From the sequence record KY499642.1: a stretch of DNA of 64,000 nucleotides; one strand, written 5' to 3'. The notes beneath the pieces were generated by a model that saw only the letters and a list, made by a program, of their open reading frames with translations, did not search any database and was not told the DNA's origin. Shown here piece after piece: positions 9,592 to 18,455 of the stretch. The translations under genes were made by a program, and so were the position numbers. The stretch's first letter is position 1, and every line of letters begins with the position of its first letter.

Positions 9592-11107
9592 TCACGTTAC
9601 TAATATGGTGCTAAGCTCACCGGAAGTTATTGCACAGCTCATGAACACGGATGGGTGTCCCGACTTTACTCAGGTCAGTCCATATCCTAAAGAGATGGAA
9701 TATGACTTTGATGGCATCAACATTATGGTTGAAGAAGCGGTTCGTCAGGCACTACCGAAACTGACTGAGTCAAATGCGGCACGTAATGACTTCGCCGCAG
9801 ACAAGCATCATGACGAACGCGCCATTAAACAATTCAATACCATGGCGGATAATGTCTTAAAGACTGGTTTCCGACACACCATGGATTGGAACCTTGGCAT
9901 CTGGTCTACTAAGTGGAACTGTTACGATTTTGATAAAGAGCGTTCTGCTGAAGACCGTGTTGTTTTTGATACTGCATGGGGTATGCCGGAAGGGTTACTG
10001 CGTGAGCTGTCTGCTAACAATGTAGAAACGCCAATTGTGGCGTTGTTTGCAGATGAAGACGTTGGTCGTAACTGCGGTATCTTTGTCTTCTTAGGCGGCA
10101 ACATCATCTATGACCAGCAAGCGGAAATAGACCGTTGGGGAGTAGGGCGTATTCAAGACCGCTGGAGTGAGTTTGCTATCTCACTCAAGAACTACGACTA
10201 CTGTGAAGAAGACATGGAAGAACTGCGTCAGATTCCTATCATGCACAAACTCTTCCGTGACAAGAAACCAATTGGTCGTTTAACGCCACAGGCACGCAAG
10301 CTCGCAGGCTTAGACAATCAAGATGACCAATCGCCCATCTTTCTAACTGCGCTCTTTAACGCGGTCTGTAAGCGCGATTCTGGCGTATCGTTCAACTACA
10401 ACTCGAAGGGTGTTACGGCATTCTCTCGTGATTATGAAACAGAGACAGCTGAACACGAGTGGATGATGAGCAAGCATCATGATGGTGAATTCTTCTATGT
10501 TGCAGACAACGCTGTCATTGAGTTTGACTTCGACGCTATCAGTGAGATATTTGCTGACCTTGACGAGCATAACTCATACACAACTGATGTCAAGCTACTG
10601 CCGTTACTTCAATACTGCGGCGATGAAGGTATGAACCTTGCTCGTGTCTTAGGTATTCTGGTTAACTTCAATTCATTGGTGGCATCACTCCGTCAGCCGC
10701 ACACGATATTGCAAGAAGCAGAAGACCTAGACTGGGTTGTTGATTGGATGAGCCGTAACCGCGAATGTGACATGACATTAGAGTTTGATCTCTTCCGTCA
10801 GTTCGTGATGGGTGAGATTCAGTTTACCTCATGGGCAGACAAAGCAGACCTACCTAAACCGTCACTGGTTCCTGCTACGGTATTGAACGCATCGTTCCAA
10901 GGCATGGATGAATCACGTCTGGGCTATGAACAGTGTCGTGTGTTTAAGAGCATGTGTATGCTTTACCAGTATCGCAACATCATTACTCACAACAGCATCT
11001 CTACTGAGTACATGGATAGTGTGGACGGTAAGGTTTATCAAGTAATTCATGGTAAGTTCAGTAACTTAGTACATACGTGTATTTCGAACGGCTTGCCTGA
11101 TTTATAA
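9584..11107 (+). CDS. DUF1281/YubB ferredoxin-like domain protein with C-terminal extension
   Basis: MPNHVTN...WSTKWNC...FDTAWGMP...FADEDVGRNCG. Confidence 0.7.
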   Translation: MPNHVTNMVLSSPEVIAQLMNTDGCPDFTQVSPYPKEMEYDFDGINIMVEEAVRQALPKLTESNAARNDFAADKHHDERAIKQFNTMADNVLKTGFRHTMDWNLGIWSTKWNCYDFDKERSAEDRVVFDTAWGMPEGLLRELSANNVETPIVALFADEDVGRNCGIFVFLGGNIIYDQQAEIDRWGVGRIQDRWSEFAISLKNYDYCEEDMEELRQIPIMHKLFRDKKPIGRLTPQARKLAGLDNQDDQSPIFLTALFNAVCKRDSGVSFNYNSKGVTAFSRDYETETAEHEWMMSKHHDGEFFYVADNAVIEFDFDAISEIFADLDEHNSYTTDVKLLPLLQYCGDEGMNLARVLGILVNFNSLVASLRQPHTILQEAEDLDWVVDWMSRNRECDMTLEFDLFRQFVMGEIQFTSWADKADLPKPSLVPATVLNASFQGMDESRLGYEQCRVFKSMCMLYQYRNIITHNSISTEYMDSVDGKVYQVIHGKFSNLVHTCISNGLPDL

Positions 11108-11119
11108 TGGGAGATATTA

Positions 11120-13339
11120 ATGGATAAGATTGTTACGGGACAGCCTTATGATGGCGTGGGTTATCACTGGCGTGAACGTGACGACACTGAAGTAATGAAT
11201 CCTCGTGAGTTTGATGACTCACGTGGGTTCTACTTATGTGACGATCCGTATTCGTGGGGCTCACCTCACCTTTCTGGCACACATGCAGTTGTTGTTGAGT
11301 ACCGTGTCGACAACCCTTATGTCGATCGTGATAATAAGGAGATTTATGAATTCACTTACCACAAAAGCGTGGTGGAGAAACTACGTAAAGAAGGCTATGA
11401 TGCTATCGTTTATGTAAGTGACCAACATAACGACCTTGAGTCAGGTCGCCAGTTATACTTGCTAAACCCATCGACGCAAATCAAAAGCATCAAACCGCTA
11501 ACCTTCCCAGTTATCTTAGATGCTCCTAGACAGATTGAAGACAGGGACATTCCCGTACCTGAGTTCAACACCACATACCCACTGGCTGTATATGAAGACG
11601 TGTCTGTTGTAAACGAACAACACTTGTTCTCGAATTACAGTGTCTACTATGAACGTGACCGATACTTAGACATTAAGCCTTTGCGTGAGTTACTTAGACG
11701 TGGGCAGTCAGCCAAGGACTACTTTTATGAAGCAGGGAAGCTAAATTTCAGAAATGCTCTTAACTTCTTACATCTTAGTCAATATGGTAGGAACGCAGAA
11801 GACTTCGGATTCGCAGATGAGTGGTTCGATAGACTGCGTGAACATTTAATAGATGAGGACAGTATTGTGTCTGATGATAATACAGCAATAAGTACCATCC
11901 AGCGCTTGAACGATAAAGTGCGTGAACTCACAACTTTACTGGAGAACAAAGGTAATCCGAAAGACATTGCACGACTCCAGAAAGAAGTCGATGAGTTAAA
12001 CGCTCAGGCGTTGACGATGGCAAAAGAGGTGGACATTGTCTCACATCTTGGCGATGAACCTTTATTTGAAGAAGGGGAGATAGAAGCGATTGCCAATAAG
12101 GCTATTGCGGAAGTGCATGCTGAAGAACGCTACAATCGCAAGATTGATGAGCAGACTGCTATTCGCATGGGCGCATTGACTCTGGCAGAAGTAGACCGTA
12201 TGGCTTATGATGCGGCAGGGTTCTCATCACCAAGCTATGACACCGCGTTACTGGCAGGTGAGATGGCACCTCATCCAGTACAACCTGTTTATGAAGATGA
12301 GAATGGTACGGTTCGATTCAAACCTAACCCAATCATTCGTGATCTACAAGAAGCAGGTGTGTTAGACCTGAACAAGATTGCAGGTAAGTACGATAAGAAA
12401 GACATCAGTCAGCTTAACCAGTTAATCGGTTACTCGGTTGATGGTTGGTGGTATCTATCTACTACTTCACAGATGGACAAAATCAAAGCCGCTATGCAAG
12501 AAGAACGTCGCAAGGCATTCGACAGCATTGATGGTGAGATTAACTATCTGCGTAAGAAAGATGACATCACGCCTATCGATGCTATCCACGTTACAATGGA
12601 TGCTGAACAATACCCACTGCCAATCGAGCTACCTATCCTCTTCCAACGTATGACTAAGTTTGACGGTCATTACTCCCTATCGGTTAACAGTAAAGATAGT
12701 TGGGAAGTGGAGTGGGTTGACTCATCGTTCCATGGTCATTGTTCTTACAACCTCACACCAGATTCACCAGACGGCACTCCTGAGTTTCCTGTAGGTACCA
12801 TCAATCTGAAAGTGAATGAGAACCACCTATGGTTAGAGAAGATTGGTGAGCCTGACTCAGGTCAAGCTATCTTAACCTTTAACTGGCCACAAGTGTCCGA
12901 ACAGCTATCTCGTGGTAAATGTGAGCTACCTACTGTAGTGAACTTTGGCATCAGTAAGCTACTGACCAATTACGGTACATTTACTAAAGCGAGTGCTGAC
13001 TTCCAAGGTATCTACCAGATGTGTCAGGCAGTCCTGCGCTTCATGGCATCGCGTAAGTTTATCTTGGATAACCTTACACCTGAGTTATTCGAACCTGAGC
13101 TATACGCTAAGCTGTTTAAGGCAGCAAGCTACGGCCCAGTAAAAGATAACACGGCAGTAAATAAATTGTTGAAAGCGACACAACGTGCTGGAGTCCGTGG
13201 CCAAATCCAGACCGCTTTTAAACACATTGCTAACAGTGAGATTCTTTTCGAAGAGTCTAAAATCCACCTTGAGACAGACCGTGCGGTTTATGATGCGCAC
13301 ACTACTGAGCTCGAAGAACTAATCAAGCAATACCTGTAG
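11120..13339 (+). CDS. multidomain protein with N-terminal ADP-ribosyltransferase-like (ART-PolyVal-type) domain
   Basis: YH...GFYL..D...DNPY...LRKEGYDAIVY...LLNPSTQIKS; middle segment HPVQPVYEDENGTVRFKPNPI...QLIGYSVDG resembles a small conserved phage domain. Confidence 0.55.
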   Translation: MDKIVTGQPYDGVGYHWRERDDTEVMNPREFDDSRGFYLCDDPYSWGSPHLSGTHAVVVEYRVDNPYVDRDNKEIYEFTYHKSVVEKLRKEGYDAIVYVSDQHNDLESGRQLYLLNPSTQIKSIKPLTFPVILDAPRQIEDRDIPVPEFNTTYPLAVYEDVSVVNEQHLFSNYSVYYERDRYLDIKPLRELLRRGQSAKDYFYEAGKLNFRNALNFLHLSQYGRNAEDFGFADEWFDRLREHLIDEDSIVSDDNTAISTIQRLNDKVRELTTLLENKGNPKDIARLQKEVDELNAQALTMAKEVDIVSHLGDEPLFEEGEIEAIANKAIAEVHAEERYNRKIDEQTAIRMGALTLAEVDRMAYDAAGFSSPSYDTALLAGEMAPHPVQPVYEDENGTVRFKPNPIIRDLQEAGVLDLNKIAGKYDKKDISQLNQLIGYSVDGWWYLSTTSQMDKIKAAMQEERRKAFDSIDGEINYLRKKDDITPIDAIHVTMDAEQYPLPIELPILFQRMTKFDGHYSLSVNSKDSWEVEWVDSSFHGHCSYNLTPDSPDGTPEFPVGTINLKVNENHLWLEKIGEPDSGQAILTFNWPQVSEQLSRGKCELPTVVNFGISKLLTNYGTFTKASADFQGIYQMCQAVLRFMASRKFILDNLTPELFEPELYAKLFKAASYGPVKDNTAVNKLLKATQRAGVRGQIQTAFKHIANSEILFEESKIHLETDRAVYDAHTTELEELIKQYL

Positions 13340-13377
13340 GGCCTCGTGCCCTACTCATCTATAAGGAATAAAAAGAA

Positions 13378-15078
13378 ATGTCAATGGTAATCGAATCTGC
13401 AACACCTACTTCATCTACACCGTCTAAAGTACCATACGCTCTCGTTGAAGGCGTGTACCAACAAGTGGCAGATAACCTGTGGCTTAAGTCACGTGACTAC
13501 AAGACTCTAATCATGCACGGCACTAAAGGCATCGAGTTAGAAGACTTCCAAAACCTACTGACGGATGAAGACCGTCAAATCATGCAGTGTAACTGCTGTA
13601 AAGATTTCTTCCGTAAGTACTCTAACTTACTGGCTGTAACAGAAGGCGGCGAAGTAACCTCAGCTTTGTTCCGCGATGTGAAAACATCTAATCAGCATGC
13701 TAAGGCGTTGTTCAATAAGCTAGCAGACATTGTTGAATCTGGTAAGCCTTCTCACTTCTTAGAAGAGCGTCTACGTGGTACTGGCCACCAGTCTGTGAAA
13801 ATCATTCTGGGTGTTAAAGAAGCAGGCGGCTACGGTCACTACCATGGTTACATTGCACGTCAAGACATTTCACGTAAAGCGTCTTTCGAAGACTCTGTCC
13901 GTGGAGTTAACAACCTAATGTCTAAGTACAAAGGTTTGGACAAGCTGGTAGACGCTATGGAAGCTATCTGTCCTGCTTTCATGCAAGAAGAACGTATTCC
14001 ACTAAACCAACGTGAATACTTCGAATCGTTCACTCAACTACTGGGCAAGTTCCGCGATGCTAAGAACGACGGTGGTCTTTCTACTGAACACATCATTGCA
14101 CAACTGTGGGCTGGTAATACAAACGGTCTGTCAATGATTCTCCACTTCAGCGGTAACGTTCTTGGTAACCTTATTGAGAACTTCCTTAATTCAGGTGACT
14201 ACGAAAAGGCAGTATCTCTGTTCCTAGAGCGTACTGACCCACTCGTATACAAAGCGCGTGAAACTGACAAGGTGACTAAGCAACAACTTGAGCAAGCACA
14301 TAAGTACATCAAAGAGAACGGTTATGGTTCTGCCCTAATCCATTCTATCGCAGCTCCTGATGAAATCGAAGCTATCTGGCGCACCACTCCGGTTGAAACT
14401 CCAGTAGAAGAAGAGAAGTCAGCAAGCGATGCAGCAGATGACTTGTTTGCAGAAAAGATTGCGGAAGTATCTAAGGAGCAGGCTAAGCCTGAGCCAAAAG
14501 AGATCTGGCCGGGTGCTAAGAACATCACACGTACTGACTTCGTCCATCGTGTATTGGGTGAAGCTGAGCGTATCTGGATTAACATGTCTGGTTACGAGAA
14601 GTTGGGCATCCTAACAGCGCCTACTGATAAAGAAGCGAAGCCTGTGTTCTTCTGGACAGCACAACGTCCATCTCGACCATACGTAACATGTATCCCGCAT
14701 GAGCGTATCCCTGTTGGTATGTACGGTTTCCGTTCTGGTTACACTGAGTTGGAGATGGTAGCAGAACTACCGTGGTTCAATGAAGACATCAAGATGGAAG
14801 GTGCACTATCTCCGGGCTGGATGCTGTGTTTCGCATTTGAGCCAGTTGAGTCAGTAATGTACCACGGTCTGCAATCATTCGGCGGTGCGCTGAAAGGTGA
14901 TCTACAACCATACCGTCTGGGCATTGACTCAGTGGTAAATAACCGTCAGGTGTTTACACGTGCGGGTGAGAAAGGCACTACGTACATGCAGCTATCGCGC
15001 CAATGGGAATACCGTAATGTTCGCGTATTGAACAAAGACGGTTCTCAGTCTGTTTACAACATCATGGATGTTGACTAA
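13378..15078 (+). CDS. conserved phage hypothetical protein with CNCC motif
   Basis: 566 aa; RQIMQCNCCKDFFRKYSNL..V. Confidence 0.8.
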   Translation: MSMVIESATPTSSTPSKVPYALVEGVYQQVADNLWLKSRDYKTLIMHGTKGIELEDFQNLLTDEDRQIMQCNCCKDFFRKYSNLLAVTEGGEVTSALFRDVKTSNQHAKALFNKLADIVESGKPSHFLEERLRGTGHQSVKIILGVKEAGGYGHYHGYIARQDISRKASFEDSVRGVNNLMSKYKGLDKLVDAMEAICPAFMQEERIPLNQREYFESFTQLLGKFRDAKNDGGLSTEHIIAQLWAGNTNGLSMILHFSGNVLGNLIENFLNSGDYEKAVSLFLERTDPLVYKARETDKVTKQQLEQAHKYIKENGYGSALIHSIAAPDEIEAIWRTTPVETPVEEEKSASDAADDLFAEKIAEVSKEQAKPEPKEIWPGAKNITRTDFVHRVLGEAERIWINMSGYEKLGILTAPTDKEAKPVFFWTAQRPSRPYVTCIPHERIPVGMYGFRSGYTELEMVAELPWFNEDIKMEGALSPGWMLCFAFEPVESVMYHGLQSFGGALKGDLQPYRLGIDSVVNNRQVFTRAGEKGTTYMQLSRQWEYRNVRVLNKDGSQSVYNIMDVD

Positions 15079-15092
15079 CAGTAGCTATATCT

Positions 15093-15120
15093 AGGGAGGC
15101 AATGCCTCCCTTATTTTTTT
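15093..15120 (+). terminator. intrinsic terminator
   Basis: AGGGAGGC-AAT-GCCTCCCT then T-run. Confidence 0.85.
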
Positions 15121-15132
15121 GTACTTAGAACG

Positions 15133-15163
15133 AAAATCAAAATAGATATATTTCATTGAAAGG
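15133..15163 (+). promoter_or_regulatory. phage early-promoter-like motif, copy 2 (divergent)
   Basis: AAAATCAAAATAGATATATTTCATTGAAAGG, 12 nt after terminator. Confidence 0.6.
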
Positions 15164-15198
15164 ACATATGTACTAAAAGAACTAAAAGGAGGTGTATT

Positions 15199-15318
15199 AT
15201 GTCTAATGGAAATGAATACTTAGGATGGATTATGGATTTACTTGCAGTGACTGGAGGCTTGGCAATCGTCGTGTACTTCATTTACCTGTGGTGGATTGGT
15301 AGAAATCTAAGTAAATAG
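15199..15318 (+). CDS. 39 aa single-pass membrane peptide (below ORF-track cutoff)
   Basis: AAGGAGGT SD; MSNGNEYLGWIMDLLAVTGGLAIVVYFIYLWWIGRNLSK. Confidence 0.75.
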   Translation: MSNGNEYLGWIMDLLAVTGGLAIVVYFIYLWWIGRNLSK

Positions 15319-15382
15319 TGGAATGGTATAGGTGGGTAATTCCCCTATACCTCTAGAATATATTATCTCGGAGAAAATAACA

Positions 15383-15808
15383 ATGCAACAATACACACTT
15401 ACTGCGCTTCAATCTGTAATGGTTCTTATCATGAGCGAAACAAACGAGCCGATGACTGGATACGATACGGCTAAGACAATTACAGAGCGTGGATATAAGT
15501 GGTCACATCAACAAGTGTACCGTGACTTGGCTAAGATGCCTTTGAATCTAACTGAGGTTCCTCAGGAAGGCAAGCCGGATAAAAAGAACTACACTTTGCA
15601 GTCTGATGTGGAGTACATACACAACGCTAAGATTATTCCTATTCCGGTTATTGAAGAATACGAACTGCTAGACGTAGCCCGTGAGAAATGGGAAATCCTC
15701 AACAAGCGTTTGGAAACAATCACCCTGAATTATGAACGTGAGCTGGTGAAGTTTGAAATCGGCTACCTTGAGAAACTAATTACTAAACTACAAGCTAAAG
15801 CAGCTTAA
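15383..15808 (+). CDS. aphA-like: AphA-like PadR-family winged-helix transcriptional regulator
   Basis: TGYDTAK...WSHQQVYRDLAKM...PQEGKPDKKNY versus Vibrio AphA TGYDITK...ASHQQVYRELNKM...PQEGKPDRKVY (recalled); GGAG SD before ATG 15383. Confidence 0.85.
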   Translation: MQQYTLTALQSVMVLIMSETNEPMTGYDTAKTITERGYKWSHQQVYRDLAKMPLNLTEVPQEGKPDKKNYTLQSDVEYIHNAKIIPIPVIEEYELLDVAREKWEILNKRLETITLNYERELVKFEIGYLEKLITKLQAKAA

Positions 15809-15819
15809 CGGAGCTAATA

Positions 15820-16641
15820 ATGGAAGTTATCAAAATCGACATCAATGACATGGTTGCTACCCCTGAATTAAAAGAGGCGGTTGCCAAGATTGGGTTTGAT
15901 GAATACGAATCGCGCTTCAATCAAATCTTCAATGACAATGAGCTGGAGTCTGAGTTCCGTGCAACGTTGTCGGAACAAATGTCTGACGCGATGGATGACT
16001 GGAAAGTCGTTATCATTAACGGTGCTAAGTCTCACGCGTGGCAAGAAGAGATGGCGTTGGCTAAGTTCCCTGAGCAGCCTATCTTTACTAACTGTATCAA
16101 TGGCGAACCGTATATCTACATTGATATGTCAATGATGCCGAACATCCCTGCGGATATCCGTGATGTGACTCTCGACTACATGCTGGTTAAAGAAGGCGTG
16201 CATCGTGAGCAGATCATCCGTGGTGATATGGTTATCTTCGATGGTACAATTACGTGGAAAGGCGTTACTTACACCGTTGACCAAATCCATGAGATGGCCA
16301 GTGAGAAAACCATGGAACTGCTGAACAGTGATGCTGAAGACAACCAATACGATGAGAAAGACATCATGGTCTTGGTTGATTGTCAACACGAATGGGAGCG
16401 CGAAGCAACCGTCCGCACGCTAGCAGGTCTATCGCACATCTACGAGATGGAACTCTCTGACGTACAGCGTAAACTGGTAGATGACTGGGTTAAAGAGTTT
16501 ATTGACGATGTGAATGCTCATGCAGGTGATGACGGTATTGAACTGGAGTCTCCGGTAATGAACTTTGGTGCAGGTACGAAAGTAGCAGATATCAAAGACT
16601 GGGTAAACACATTGTTCATGTGTGATGTAGATAACATGTAA
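15820..16641 (+). CDS. zincin-like protein with altered metal motif (KEGVH)
   Basis: LVKEGVHREQIIRGDM...WKG..Y...EWEREA follows the HExxHxxQxxxG...WKG...WExEA phage metallopeptidase pattern except first His. Confidence 0.5.
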   Translation: MEVIKIDINDMVATPELKEAVAKIGFDEYESRFNQIFNDNELESEFRATLSEQMSDAMDDWKVVIINGAKSHAWQEEMALAKFPEQPIFTNCINGEPYIYIDMSMMPNIPADIRDVTLDYMLVKEGVHREQIIRGDMVIFDGTITWKGVTYTVDQIHEMASEKTMELLNSDAEDNQYDEKDIMVLVDCQHEWEREATVRTLAGLSHIYEMELSDVQRKLVDDWVKEFIDDVNAHAGDDGIELESPVMNFGAGTKVADIKDWVNTLFMCDVDNM

Positions 16642-16646
16642 TTTAG

Positions 16647-16679
16647 ATTGAGAGTGCCTTCGGGTGCTCTCAATTTTTT
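16647..16679 (+). terminator. intrinsic terminator
   Basis: ATTGAGAGTGCC-TTCG-GGTGCTCTCAAT then TTTTT. Confidence 0.85.
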
Positions 16680-16719
16680 ATGTCTCTGTATTGGTTTTTA
16701 ATACAGGTGTGTAGATATT

Positions 16720-17157
16720 GTGCGAAAACCCGTCAGGAGAATTATAATGCTGCACGATAGTTTTAATGCAGTGGTTCGCATTCGGTTACGTTACGGGTTG
16801 GATATCAATCTTGATGTGACTGAGCATTATGTGGACGCTATTAAAGCAGCGGTGGGTCCGCATAACGGTAGAACTCTTGCAAAGAAGCTACCAAAGGGAA
16901 CCACGACGTGGACGGCAGATGGACGAAAGGAAGCAATGCATTTCCTCAGTAAGTTAAATGAGTTTGAAGTCATTAACGAACGGATTGAGGACATACATTC
17001 TAAATTACGTGGCTTAAACGAACACATGGCAACTTTCAATTTGATAGAAGACATTCATCATATACAGCCTGTGGTCTTAGCACTTCGTAATGGGTTTCGT
17101 TCTAACCACGAATTATCCCGAAAAGGATATACAAAACAGTACAACGTCTATAACTAA
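16720..17157 (+). CDS. hypothetical protein
   Basis: 145 aa ORF; start may be ATG 16747 after GGAG. Confidence 0.7.
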   Translation: MRKPVRRIIMLHDSFNAVVRIRLRYGLDINLDVTEHYVDAIKAAVGPHNGRTLAKKLPKGTTTWTADGRKEAMHFLSKLNEFEVINERIEDIHSKLRGLNEHMATFNLIEDIHHIQPVVLALRNGFRSNHELSRKGYTKQYNVYN

Positions 17158-17167
17158 GGAGACATAC

Positions 17168-18103
17168 GTGTCTTACAAAGAAGAAAAGTTACCAGCCATC
17201 TTTGTGGTTGTTGAAGGTGTATCGGAAGCAGTCGGCAAGTCTACTGTGGTTGATATCCTAAAGTCTAAGTTGGAACAGCAAGGTTACGATGCAATGATCT
17301 ACCGTCAGCCGGGCGGCACGCCTGCGGCTGAAGACATGCGCCGTATCGTTAAGAACAAAGGGTATGAGGGCGAAGAGTTAAACGAAGTCGTCGAGTACCT
17401 ACTGTTTAGTGCATCGCGTGAACAAGCGGATCACAACATTGTGCGTCCTGCGTTAGAGAAGGGCGTCATTGTAATCAGTGACCGTCACTATCTTACTACT
17501 CATGCGTATCAGGGACAGCGTATACCAGAGATTGACCGTCTCGTTGCACGTAAGCCCGACATGACAGTGTTCTTAGAAGCACCGTTTGAACTTTGTATGG
17601 CGCGTATGAAAGAACGTGGTGATGATTGTCGCATTGAAGCGCGCGGAGAAGACTGGTTCCGTGGGCAGTACCATACGTTGAAAGAACGTATCAATGATGG
17701 CATTCATGGTGAAGTGGTGAGAGTTGATACGACTGACTTTAACTCTGACCTATTTAAGGAAGGAATCGAAATGGCAGTAAATAAAGCGCTTGACCTACAA
17801 AAGGCTAAGCAAATGTCGCTTGGTCTGGAAGATGAATTCGTTACGGTAAAAGAATTCGAACGCCAAGTGCTAGAAACAGAAAGTGTGCGTGTGATTATTC
17901 GTACTGACGTGAATCAAAAGGTTAAGCCTTACAACCATTCGCGATTAGATGACGACCACACGTATGGTGATCTAATGGCACGTTTGAACAACCTCATCAA
18001 CGTCCCGTTCTCTATCGCATCAGTTATGCGTAACCCTACTAACGCTACTCTGTTATCAGAAGTGCGTATCCCTAAAACAGAAGGAGTCTGTGAGTGTCTG
18101 TAA
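17168..18103 (+). CDS. tmk: thymidylate kinase with C-terminal extra domain
   Basis: EGVSEAVGKST P-loop, RQPGGT, LLFSASREQ, SDRH...AYQG; AAGGAG SD before GTG 17168. Confidence 0.9.
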   Translation: MSYKEEKLPAIFVVVEGVSEAVGKSTVVDILKSKLEQQGYDAMIYRQPGGTPAAEDMRRIVKNKGYEGEELNEVVEYLLFSASREQADHNIVRPALEKGVIVISDRHYLTTHAYQGQRIPEIDRLVARKPDMTVFLEAPFELCMARMKERGDDCRIEARGEDWFRGQYHTLKERINDGIHGEVVRVDTTDFNSDLFKEGIEMAVNKALDLQKAKQMSLGLEDEFVTVKEFERQVLETESVRVIIRTDVNQKVKPYNHSRLDDDHTYGDLMARLNNLINVPFSIASVMRNPTNATLLSEVRIPKTEGVCECL

Positions 18104-18402
18104 CAGCAAAAGTAATGCGTAATGACGGTGTGGAAATCCCGACTTACGTTTCAATGGATGATAAAGAAACTATTCTGGCAATCGCAGTGCCAAGTCGCGG
18201 TGAAGTGCATTTCTACAAACCCGTCTTGAGCATGGAGCATCCCCGTAAGCGTCAAAAGCTTATTGATGATGTCATGGCTAAGGCTAAGCGTAAATACGGT
18301 GTTAAAAGCATTGTAGAGCGTCCTGACTCAACCGTACAGGTCGTTGATGGTACAGTACGTATCTACACACCGCAACCGGATGTGTTGGGCGCGTCTGTCT
18401 AA
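18094..18402 (+). CDS. hypothetical protein
   Basis: AAGGAG SD, GTG start overlapping tmk end. Confidence 0.75.
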   Translation: MSVTAKVMRNDGVEIPTYVSMDDKETILAIAVPSRGEVHFYKPVLSMEHPRKRQKLIDDVMAKAKRKYGVKSIVERPDSTVQVVDGTVRIYTPQPDVLGASV

Positions 18403-18412
18403 ACAATTCACT

Positions 18413-18443
18413 TAGGGGAGTTCTCTCCCCTATCTATTATTTC
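18413..18443 (+). terminator. hairpin, possible weak terminator
   Basis: TAGGGGAG-TTCT-CTCCCCTA with poor T-tail. Confidence 0.5.
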
Positions 18444-18455
18444 TAGGAGTTAATA

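Noticed and set aside
13336-13354. GTAGGGC-ctcgt-GCCCTAC hairpin after the 739 aa gene
   Set aside because: No T-tail, so not called a terminator; may only stabilise mRNA
15160-15380. Search for an AphA box (ATATGCA-N6-TGCATAT type) upstream of the aphA-like gene
   Set aside because: Only a CATATG palindrome with a partial half-site; no convincing full box
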